NCBI GenBank assembly: GCA_965287045.1
Contig: OZ336877.1
Location: 63,798,001 to 63,862,000, forward strand
Direction of reading: 5' to 3'
Source of the DNA: Carcharhinus amblyrhynchos
Taxonomy: Eukaryota
DNA: 64,000 nucleotides
Made by a program: the position numbers and the translations under genes. Position 1 is the stretch's first letter; the number at the start of each line of letters is the position of its first letter. This document shows, one piece after another, positions 39,266 to 50,405 of this stretch. The notes below the pieces were generated by a model. It searched no databases and was not told the origin of the DNA. It worked only from the letters and a program-made list of their open reading frames with translations.

Positions 39266-42200
39266 ATTTTTGACCAAGGCAGTTGAAGACTCTGTAACCA
39301 ATGGAAGTTTGAATGCAGGAAGTGTGGCCAGAAAGCTGGGACAGAACTTTATGCTTCCTCCAAGGGTGGATTCTGGGGTGGGGTGGGGAGCATAAAATTG
39401 AATGGAGGGGATTTCCGTCAGGAATGCGCCAGCCCAAACTCAGATCCAGCTTCACACTTGGGCGGTCAGGATCTTGAATGTGAAAACCGCCGTTTCACCT
39501 ATTAAGACCCTTGATGGTGGCACCGTGGTATTGATTACTGGACTTGTAATCCAGAGACCCAGAGTAAAGCTGCTGGGGTCTGAGTTCAAATCCTATCTTG
39601 GCAGATAGTGAAATTCGAATTCAATAAAAATCTGGAATTAAAAGTCTAACGATAAACTTGAAACCATTGTTGATTGTCATTAAAAACCCATCTGGTTCAG
39701 ACATTCTAATATTTTAGTTTATCTTAATCTTTAATTTACAATTATCTGATTTGAGATTAACTCCTAAAATCAATTAAATGCTTTGATTTGAACAAGACAT
39801 ACAATAAAGCAAGATGGGCTCTCAAGCAGTAAATTAAAAGAGAGAGTTTTTTTATAGAAGAAAGGAGTTCACGTAATATAAAATGGACTTAGAGCATCAC
39901 ATGAATGATTACTGAAGGTAAGATGTTTCTCCTGTTCCTTCGTTCACAGCAAATCTTACAAGTTCTGCCTTGGGAGCGTCCAGTACATGACAAATTAGCA
40001 AAGATGTCACTTCAAAGCCTTTACTTCTATCCCCTAGAACATCAATTCCTCATCTCAGACGATGCCTGTGTAATTTCATAATGGGTTGATTTAAATGCTT
40101 TGTTTTAATTGGCATTTAATGTAAATGAGGTTGAGTGCGATTGTAAGGGTGACTACCTGATTGACTACCTACTACCAACCAAAGGGATTCTCCAATCCTG
40201 CCTGTGATGGGTTTGGTGGCAGGGCAGAGCAAAGAATCCAATGGGAGACAAAAGGTCAGAAATACACCAACATAAAATCCTGTTGCATTTCCCCCAATGG
40301 CAGGTTAATGATGGGTCAGTCTTCCCACTGGCTGATGTTGGGAATGCGATTACGCCAGATTGCTAAACCTGATTGCTAAAGAGTGGCGGGCACTAGAAGG
40401 TGCTCAGTTTTCCAAAAGACTTTGAACTGAGTGCAGCAAAACCTTTTAGCCATAGTGCTGTGCTGCTCTTGATGCCCAAGCAGACCAGTTCCTGCCCTCT
40501 ATCTCTATGCCAAGTTGTACTTCATAGACAGCACTGTGCTACTGGACCCAAGGACCATCCTGTGTCACCAAGTACTGGGGTGTCCTCCCCCACCATTTCC
40601 TCAAACCAATGTCTGTCTGAACAGCACTGTGTCAAGGGGCTCGTGCAGCCCTCTTTTGACGAAGACGAGGAAGACGATGTGGGAGGAGGGTTGCGTAAGG
40701 AAGGGAGGAAATACACAGGCTCATGATGGCAGGCAGAGAGACAAGGAGGTAGCTGAAGAAAATACCAATCAAAAACAAAGGGAAGATCGAGGGGAGTGAA
40801 GCTGGACCCTGACAAAGCTGCATAAAAGAATGCTCACAAAAAATGGAGTCAAAGGGATACCACATTGTTTACTGAAAGGGGATGCTTGAAGACCTTAGAT
40901 GCAGTGGATAGAAGTCCAAGTGAGGCATGGGTGCCTCACAGGTAATGGGCTTAGAGGGAGGGTGGCTGAATCGAGGAATGGGGAGAGTGATAAGAGTGCT
41001 CTGGACTGAAGTTTTATTATGGCATGGAGTGGACAAATCAACTGCTGACTTCTAAGATGAACTCGCTTGTGCTTAATTAATGAGCTTCCAAGCACAGAAT
41101 CTGGTGTTGGATCTTGGCATTTTGGCCAGCGGGAAAGGAGTACTGCCCATCACTGCACTTTGGCTGCCAATGTTTCTTTTGCAGTGTCTTTGTTATTTGA
41201 CTTTGCACAGTTGTCTATTGTTTGTGAGAACATGGCTTTAGTTGAGCTGAGCACAGAATATCTGATTAATATTCATCCAAAGTAGGCATATCAAAATAGT
41301 GTTTAAACTTATAAGATTTAGCTTTAACATAAACTATTTGATTAATTCTAAATCTTCAATTGTAACTTAACTGAGGTACAGTATTTAGTCAAGCATTTGT
41401 TTCTGGCTGATTTCTAACTAAATAGCCCCTAATTAATACATGTGATTATAAAGTACAGAACGCAAAATGGCTTCTTATCTCAGTGTTTGCACAAAATGGC
41501 ATTTTGGCCTTGTTAGTTTATTACAATGAACATAACATTAAAATCTCATTTACACTCTTAACCTTTGACTATCCACTCAACCGCTGTATCCTCCCCCTTC
41601 TCTTACTTCAGTGTCAGTCACCTCATCCTTAACCTTTCATCCATTTTCTCCACTCCCTTCCCAAGGACAGGTTTTATTTGCTTTCAGAGTTCAACATTTA
41701 AAACAAAAGAAACAAAATTTGAATGTGAAAAATAAATTGGCCACCGATTTTTCTCCCTGTTTGTATCTTTCTCCATTGTGTCGTTGTTCCAGATTAGAAT
41801 CTTTTGTTAACTTATAACTTTTCATGTTAGTGGGATATTAACTTAGCATTTTTAGTTGATATTGAAAGCAATGCAAGAGAGAACATTGATTTACAATTGT
41901 TAGAATGAGCTCACTACCATTGAAGAGCTGTCTAGTGTTCCATTAACAATTTGCAATATATAAACATGGGGTGCCCCATTACTTGCACTGAAGTGGAACA
42001 AGTGCAGGGAGGCAAAAAGCAGCCAAATAATCCAGCAAGCCTGGGCAAATACAGCAGGAAGCTGCCCTGGAAACGCTTCAAGATTATTTGGTTGTGTTGA
42101 TTGGCCCTGGTAAATGCACAGGGTTGTGGGGATAGTTCAGGAGGGCCTGGGTGGAATGCCCTTTCTGAGAGACAGTGCAGACTCGATGGGCCAAATCACC

Positions 42201-43285
42201 TCTTCCTGCACTGTAGGGATTCCATGATTCTATGGGTTTCCAGCAACCAGGAGGAGGAGAGAAAGGCTTTGATCAGACAGATGGAAGAAAACTGTCCTCA
42301 GGAGGGGAGAGGCCACAGTCGAGAAAAAGAGGCATGATCAATAAAGGGGGAAGAGAGGCTGTGAATTGGGAGTGGGGAGAGATTGACAGAAAGGTTCTGA
42401 AAGGAGGTGGTTCCAAATCAAGCCCAAGGAAGAACTACTCCCCCTAACCCAGAAGGGGAGAATAAAAAATACACTTACATTGTGGAAACTGCAGCTAACA
42501 AACACTTTTCTTTCCCTGAGGGGTTTCCTAACTCATGGCAGGAGTCTGAATGAGTTTCCCAAAGATCTCTCAAATGCAATTGCTTTTCGTTCCCATTTCT
42601 ACAGCCAGCTAAACTGAAAGACTGGCTGTTGGCTGCAGAGACCACATGCAAGGAGCAGAGGAAACGGGTAAGATCCAGGAGCTTCGGGCAAGGAGGAGGG
42701 GGTTTGCTGAGGAGTAAGATCAAAGCCTGGAGCCAGGGAACATCAGGGGATCAGGGAGCTCAAAGTCAGCAGAGCAAAATCAGAGTTTGTGACAAGGGAA
42801 AATCAAGGAAGCCAGAGCAGGGATTATTGAGGTACAAAGACAGGCGATATCAGAGAGGCTGGGGTCGGGAGATATCAAACACACCAGTATCAGATTGGAG
42901 GCTGGTATCAGGAAATTGGGACAGGGATCAGAGGATGAGATAGGAAGCTTCAAGGAGATTGAAAGTTGGATCAAGGGAGATTGTGGGGGTGGATCAGGAG
43001 AATCGGAAGCTTCATAGAGATTTGGCTGTTCGTGGAGGACTGGGTGAATCAAGTATACCAGATCCAGCAGGTCAGTGGAAAGGCATCCTGGGTGTAGCAG
43101 ACTTCACCTCCTTTAGCCAGTGGGTTTCCAGAGGCCTGGAAAAGTCAGTCAGTCAGAGTTAAATTTAAAATGATGCAGCATCACGGTAATTTTAAATTGC
43201 TAACTCACCTTGCAAGTGGGTTGGTCGCCAACCCAACTAGGGTGTTGGAGAAAGGTTTATATTTTTAATATATTACATCCACCTG

Positions 43286-43417
43286 NNNNNNNNNNNNNNN
43301 NNNNNNNNNNNNNNNNNNNNNNNNNNNNNNNNNNNNNNNNNNNNNNNNNNNNNNNNNNNNNNNNNNNNNNNNNNNNNNNNNNNNNNNNNNNNNNNNNNNN
43401 NNNNNNNNNNNNNNNNN
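43286..43417. other. Assembly gap (132 N)
   Basis: Run of N. Confidence 0.99.
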
Positions 43418-44319
43418 TTGGGGGGATGGGGGGATTAAAATTACCTGCACTATGTTGAGATGATCCTAGTCATTTTGTGGACAGCAGGAGTTTCCTAATC
43501 AACTCATGCCCTCAAGAATCAGAACCCCACTATTGTCTGGAGCAAGCCAAGCTGCTTGCTGTCCTCCGAGTGAAGAGAAGTCAGAGAAATAGAAGGCTAA
43601 GGTATCAGTTCTAGAAGTTGCTGAGGAAGATACAGAACTATGTTTCCTTTTAAAGACCAGAGTAGCTAGACCAGGTCCAAGGGAAACCTTAATAAAACTA
43701 ACTGAGCTAGCTAACAGGAACAGATAGCACATCGTGTTACTTTCTACGCTTCAGAAAAGTCTAATGAGTTACGTTGAATTGAGGTGGGAATTACAATTGA
43801 TATGACTCAATTTGGTCATCTGATAATTTATTACGTTACTGTGTTGTTGAGGTGGTTCAGTCATGATTGTATTGAATGGCAGTCCAGGTTCAGGAGCTTG
43901 TTCCTTCTCCTATTGCTTATGTTCTTACACTGTTATTTAAAATTTATTCATTTACAATTGGCCTTGTCTTGTAAAAGCATTTACTTCCCTGTTTAGGAGA
44001 CTTAATGGAGGCACAGATTATACAACAAGCAATTATCATTGTTACAACCCCAGGGTTACATTAATAATTACTAGGTATCAGTCAACAAAGGCAAACACCT
44101 AGTCATAAGACAAGTAGAATTGACCATAATAAAAACTGAAAATGCTGGAAAAACCCAGCAAATCTGGCAGCATCGATGGAGCGGGGAAGCAGAGTTAAAA
44201 ACCCAAATTCTTTGGCCTCACCCGTAGCCGAGTGTCAAATTCTCCATTCTTGCTGGCGGTAGTAGCAGGGTGAACAAGATCAGAGAATGCCAGCCAAAAC
44301 ATTGAGTCCGTAACAGTCT

Positions 44320-45620
44320 TAGAACGTAGAACAGTACAGCGCAGTACAGGCCCTTCGGCTCTTGATGTTGTGCCAGGCTATGTCCAACCCCAAGATCAAG
44401 CTATCCCACTCCCTATCATTCTGGTGTGCTCCATGTGCCTATTCAATAACCACTTGAAAGTTCCTAAAGTATCCGACTCCACTATCACAGCAGGCAGTGC
44501 ATTCCCCACCCCAACCACTCTGAGTGAAGAATCTACCTCGGATATCCCTCTTCTGTCTCCCACCATGAACCTTATAGTTATGCTTATAGTTATGAATGGG
44601 ATGGATAGGATAGAGGTGGAGAGGCTCTTCCCGCTCAGAAAGGACAGTAGGACTAGGGGGCACAGCCTCAAGATAAAGGGGAGGCGGTTTAGAACGGAGT
44701 TGAGGAGGAATTTCTTCACTCAAAGGGTGGTGAATCTCTGGAATTCTCTGCCCGTTGAAGTGGTGGAGGCTACCTCGCTAAATATTTTTAAGACGCGGGT
44801 TGATGGGTTTTTGATAAGAGAGGGGATTAAGGGTTATGGGGAGAGGGCGGGAATGTGGAACTGAGCCACGACAGATCAGCCATGATCTTATTGAATGGCG
44901 GGGCAGGCTCGAAGGGCTAGATGGCCTACTCCTGCTCCTATTTCTTATGTTCTTATGCTCCCTAGTAACAGCTTCATCCACCCAAGGAAATAGTCTCTGC
45001 ACATCCACTTTATCTATCCCCCTCATCATCTTATAAACCTCTATTAAGTTGCCTCTCATCCTCCTCCACTCTAAAGAGAAAAGCCCCAGCTCCCTCAACC
45101 ATTCCTCATAAGATCTACCCTCTAAACCAAGCAGCATCCTGGTAAATCTCCCCTGCACTCTCTCCAATGCTTCCACACCCTTCTTATAGTGAGGTGACCA
45201 GAACTGAACACAATATTCCAAATGTGGTCTCACCAAGGTCCTGTACAGTTGCAGCATAACCCCACAGCTCTTAAACTCAAACCCCCTGTTAATAAATGCT
45301 AACATACTATAAGCCTTCTTCACAGCTCTATCCACTTGTGAACCCCAAGATCTCTCTGTTCTTCCACATTCCTCAGAACCCTGCTGTTGACCCTGTAATT
45401 CGCATTCAAGTTTGTCTTATCAAAATGAATCACCTCACACTTATCAGGGTTAAACTCCATCAGCCACTTTTCTGCCCAGCTCTGCATCCTATCAATATCT
45501 CTTTTCAGCCTACAAGAGCCTTCCACCTCATCCACTACTCCACCAATTTTGGTGCCATCAGCAAATTTACTAACCCACCCTTCAGCCATCTTTTCCAAGT
45601 CAGTGATAAAAATCACAAAT
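44320..45620 (-). mobile_element. CR1 of a second family, interrupted at 44592-44957
   Basis: SKFADGTKIGG, RPHLEYCVQFWSPHY; 3' end matches the copy at 34238-34630. Confidence 0.9.
44592..44957 (+). mobile_element. 5'-truncated CR1, young family, nested in an antisense CR1
   Basis: MNGMDRIEVERLFP...GMWN followed by the tail. Confidence 0.92.
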
Positions 45621-45969
45621 CACATTCTTTCAAGATTATTGCTGATGAGGTGGGCAATATTGGAAGCACAAAGTTAGAGATATTAATAGATTAAGTGAAT
45701 GGATAAATCTATTTATTGATGGCATCAAATCCAGGCCAATATTTGAAACAGCCCCAAAAGATGGAGTAAGCCCTTCAGCTAACGTGCAAGGATTAGCACC
45801 TCACAGAACCTGCCTGCAAATATTCTTTGGAAGCTTGAGCAGTTGAACTGATTTGATACTGCCCCTTAAGATCTTAAAAACTTTGATCAAATCACCATTA
45901 ACCTTGTAAACTGCAGAGATTACAGCTATAATTTGTGATTATTATCTGTACCTATTCATATCTCATTAT

Positions 45970-46174
45970 GGGGGGATTCTCTAGTCCCTGGCAGAATGTT
46001 TCTCACGACAGGAGGCAGCGCACCATTTACCAGCAACAGGATCTTCTGGTCCCACCAGTGTCAATATGATTTCCCATTGACTGCACTCCACTCTGCTGGA
46101 CAACCTGCAGCAGGGATACACCATCAGTAGAACCAGAGGATCCCACCACTGAGAACAACTGGAGAATTCTAGCC
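45970..46174. mobile_element. ~205-bp MITE with 3-bp TSD TAT
   Basis: Ends GGGGGGATTCTC and GAGAATTCTAGCC; TAT on both flanks; central palindrome. Confidence 0.75.
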
Positions 46175-46367
46175 TATGTGTCTGGAGTCCCAAATCTCTT
46201 TGGACCTCCATTGTTTCTAGCTTTTAAAGGAGGCCTGCTGTAGACAGCGGGCAGCGGAGTGAGAGGGAAGCAGAGTGAGCTGCTAGGGCTTAGGATCAAA
46301 GGGCTTGAGAGAAAAGGGCCAGGTAAGTTTGAGTTGAAAACGGTGTTCAGTAGTACTAAAAGGAATA

Positions 46368-47345
46368 ATAGAGGGGCATGTGATGTGCTGTTTCTGTATG
46401 ATGTGGGAGCTGGTGGACCCCAGGGTCCTTCCCAGTGACCATGTCTGCAGTAAGTGCAGGTTGCTGGAGGAGCTACAGCTCAAAGTAGATAAGCTGGCCT
46501 CTGAGCTACAGACACTGAGGCTCGTCAGGGGGAGGGAGGGTGCCATTGATAATGGGGTGCAAGAGACATCCACACCCCCTAGACTGGCTAACTCTAAGGG
46601 TCAGGAACAGGAGGGGGCTGCTGAGAGGAGGAAGGGGGGTGGGGAGAGGAGGAAGGAGGGCGGGGGCCGGAGGAAGGAGGGTGGGGACCAAATGCCTCAG
46701 CCTCTCAATCTGCATAACAGGTTTGAGGTTCTTGCTTCCAGTGTGGACGAGAACAAGGGCAGTGAGGTTGGTGAGCAAACTGCACACGGTACAGTGATGC
46801 AGACACAGGACATAGACAAAGAGAAGGTGAAAAGGAATGTAGTGGTAATTGGGGATAGTGTAGTTAAGGGTATTGACACTGTCCTTTGTCAAAATTTCAA
46901 AGAGCACAGAAGGGTGTGTTGTCTGCCTGGTGCTCAGGTCCAGGATGTCGCATCTGGGCTGCAGAGGAACCTGGAGTGGGAGGGTAAGAATCCGGTCATT
47001 GTAGTACATGTGGGTGCCAACAACATGGGCAAAATGTGAACTGAGGATCTGGGGAGGGAGTATGAAAAGCTGAGAATGGAATTAAAAAGTAGAACCGACA
47101 AGGTGGTTATCTCTGGACTACTGCCTGAACCGAGTGCAGACGGGCGTAGGGTTGACAAGATTAAGGAAGTGAATGGGTGGCTCAGGGATTGGTGTGGGAG
47201 GAATGGGTTTGAATTTATGGGGCATTGGCACCAGTATTGGGGTAGGTGGGACCTGTTCAGGTGGGATGGGGTTGGTCTGAACCGTGCTGGGACCAGAGTC
47301 CTGGCGAATCGTGTAGGTAGGACTGTAGATAGGGCTTTAAACTAA
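46368..47345 (+). pseudogene. CR1 ORF1 (zinc finger/leucine zipper plus SGNH esterase), premature TGA at 47037-47039
   Basis: CxxCxMW...CxKC followed by heptad leucines; esterase blocks VIGDS, CLPGA, HVGANN and DGVGLN. ORFs 46380-47039 and 47076-47345 are in the same frame. The probable start codon now reads ATA (46368). Confidence 0.9.
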
Positions 47346-47507
47346 TTGGGGGGGGAGGGTGCGAGGGTAGGTGAAGTTACAGGATCTAAAGTAAAGGAGA
47401 GGGTACAGGTACGGGAAGAGGCCAAGGATGTCCCAGTAATAAAGGGAGTAGGGGGCGTGAGTAAGGTTGGTGGCATTCCTGCAAATAGGATACAGCTGAA
47501 GGCTGGG

Positions 47508-50298
47508 ATGAAGGCACTTTATCTGGATGCACCAAGCATTCGGAATAAAGTGAATGAGCTGGTGGCGCAGATCAGCACAAATGGATATGATCTGGTGGCC
47601 ATTACAGAGACATGGCTGCAGGGTGACAGGGACTGGGAGCTGAATGTCCAGGGGTGTCAAGTGTTTAGGAAGGATAGGGGGGAGGGAAAAGGGGGGGGCG
47701 TAGCTCTGCTGATTAAGGATAGCATCAGGGTGGTAGTAAGGGATGATATAGGAGCCAAAGAGCAGAAAGTGGAATCGTTGTGGGTGGAGATTAGGAACAG
47801 CAAAGGGAGGAAGACGCTGGTGGGTGTCGTCTATAGGCCCCCAAATAATGATCTGGAGGTGGGGCGGGCTGTTAACGCGCAAATAAATGTGGCGTGCAGG
47901 AATGGAACAGCGATAATTATGGGGGATTTCAATCTATGTATTGATTGGTCGAACCATGCTGGACACGGTGGGCTTGAGGAAGAGTTCTTGGAATGCTGCT
48001 GGGATAGTTTCCTTGAACAGTGTGTGTTGGAGCCGACGAGGGAGTGAGCTATGTTGGATCTGGCGTTATGTAATTAGGGACCTTGTGGTGAAGGATCCTC
48101 TTGGGAAGAGTGATCATTGTATGGTGGAATTTCTGATGCAGATGGAGGAGGAGAAAGTGGGTTCCCGGACATGCGTCCTTTGTTTGAACAGAGGGGAGTA
48201 CGATAGGATGAGAGAGGAATTGGCGAATGTTGATTGGGGGAGCACATTGGAAGGTAGGTCTGCTGAGGAACAGTGGAGGATCTTTAAGGAGATCTTTCTT
48301 AGTGCTCAGCAGAAATTTATTCCGATGGTTAAAAAGGATCGTAGGAGGAGAGATAATCAGCCGTGGATAACGAAGGAGGTAAAGGAGAGTATTAAATTAA
48401 AAGCGGAGGCGTTTAGAGTAGCTAAGAGTAGTGGGCAAGAAGAGGATTGGGAGAGGTTTAAATATCAACAAAGAATGACGAAGAAGTTGATAAAGAAGGG
48501 TAGGATAAACTATGAAGCTGGGCTAGCGCTAAATATAAAAAAGGATAGTAAGAGTTTTTATAAATATATAAAAAGGAAGAGGCTGACTAGGGTGAACGTT
48601 GGACCCTTAGAGGATGAGAGGGGGGACTTAGTGGTAGGGGATGGGGAAATGGCTGAGGCCTTGAATGACTTTTTTGTTTCGGTCTTCACGGAGGAGGACG
48701 TGAATAGTTTGCCGGGTGTTAGTGATGGAAAGATGGCAGGAGTGGAGGGCCTGAATGACATTATTGTTACTAGAGAGGCAGTGCTAGACAGACAGGAGGG
48801 ACTGATTGTGGACAAGTCCCCAGGACTGGATGGAATGCATCCAAGGGTTCTGAAAGAAATGGCGGAGGTGATAGTGGATGCCTTGATGATTATTTTCCAA
48901 ACCTCGCTGGATTCCGGGGAAGTGCCGGAAGATTGGAAAACGGCTAATGTTACGCCATTGTTTAAGAAGGGTGGCAGGCAAAAGGCAGGGAATTATAGGC
49001 CGGTTAGTTTAACGTCTGTTGTAGGTAAAATGCTAGAATCCGTGATCAAGGAGAAAATAGCAAGGCATCTTGAGGAGAATTGTTTGATAGAGCAGACGCA
49101 GCATGGTTTCATTAAGGGGAAGTCGTGTCTGACGAATTTATTGGAGTTCTATGAGGATGTGTCTAGGGCGGTGGATAGAGGAGAGCGGTAGATGTGGTGT
49201 TTCTTGATTTTCAGAAGGCGTTTGATAAGGTGCCGCACAAGAGGTTATTACAGAAGGTTAGGGGGCATGGAGTTGGGAGTAGGGTATTAGCGTGGATAGG
49301 GGATTGGCTGTCAAATAGGAGGCAGAGAATGGGGGTCAATGGGTGCTATTCAGATTGGCGGTTGGTGACTAGTGGAGTGCCCCAGGGATCGGTGCTGGGG
49401 CCTCAGCTATTTACCATTTATATAGATGATCTGGAGGAGGGAACCGAGTGTATGGTGTCAAAATTTGCTGATGACACCAAGATTGGTGGAATGGCAAATT
49501 GTGCGGAGGGTGTGGAAAGTCTGCAGAAGGATCTAGATAGGCTGGGCAAATGGGCCAGGAACTGGCAAATGGAATTTAATGTTAGCAAGTGTGAAGCTGT
49601 CCACTTTGGTAGGAATAATGGTAGGAAGGACTATTACGGGGCGAAAAACTGCAGCAGGCGACGGTGCAGAGGGACCTCGGGGTCCTTGTGCATGAGTTGC
49701 AAAAACCCAGCCTGCAGGTGGAGCAGGTGGTCAGGAAGGTTAATGGGATGCTGGCCTTCATAGCGAGGGGGATTGAATATAAAAGTAGGGAGGTCTTGCT
49801 GCAACTGTACAGGGCACTGGTGAGGCCGCAGCTGGAGTACTGTGTGCAGTTTTGGTCGCCGCACTTACGCAAGGATATTTTGGCCTTGGAGGGAGTGCAG
49901 AGGAGGTTCACTCGGCTGATACCGGAGTTGAGGGGGTTGAACTATGAGGAGAGGCTGAATAAACTAGGCTTGTACTCGAGTTTAGAAGAATGAGGGGAGA
50001 TCTCATTGAGACATATAAGATGATGAATGGGATGGATAGGATAGAGGTGGAGAGGCTCTTCCCGCTCAGAAAGGACAGTAGGACTAGAGGGCACAGCCTC
50101 AAGATAAGTTGGGGGGGGCAGTTTAGAACGGAGTTGAGGAGGAACTTCTTCACTCAAAGGGTGGTGAATCTCTGGAATTCTCTGCCCGTTGAAGTGGTGG
50201 AGGCTGCCTCGCTAAATATATTTAAGACGGGGGTAGATAGGTTTTTGATAGGCAAGGGGATTAAGGGTTATGGGGAGAGGGCGGGAAAGTGGAACTGA
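47508..50298 (+). pseudogene. CR1 ORF2 (APE endonuclease plus reverse transcriptase), frameshifted
   Basis: Endonuclease motifs AITETW, GVVYRPP, MGDFN, SDH; RT motifs NYRPVSLTS, QHGF, FLDFQKAFDKVPH, GVPQGSVLGP, FADDTK. Lesions near 48045, 48070, 49190, 49637 and 49979. Confidence 0.95.
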
Positions 50299-50405
50299 GA
50301 CACGACAGATCAGCCATGATCTTATTGAATGGCGGGGCAGGCTCGAAGGGCTAGATGGCCTACTCCTGTTCCTATTTCTTATATTCTTATGTTTATGTTC
50401 TTATG

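Larger units (their letters stand above)
46230..50405 (+). mobile_element. Near-full-length CR1-clade LINE, inactivated
   Basis: 5'UTR, ORF1, ORF2 and (TTCTTATG)n tail are all present in order, with several stops and frameshifts. 5' boundary approximate. Confidence 0.95.

Noticed and set aside
40400-41100. Possible Harbinger transposase or Myb-like remnants (also about 28450-29100 and 31550-32100)
   Set aside because: Only vague motif resemblance; cannot be supported without a profile search.
44370-44864. 164-aa ORF and the opposite 185-aa ORF at 44778-45335
   Set aside because: Chimeras created by nested CR1 insertion.
46506-47882. Antisense ORFs of 167 aa and 181 aa over the CR1
   Set aside because: Shadow frames of purine-biased coding sequence with no recognisable domain.
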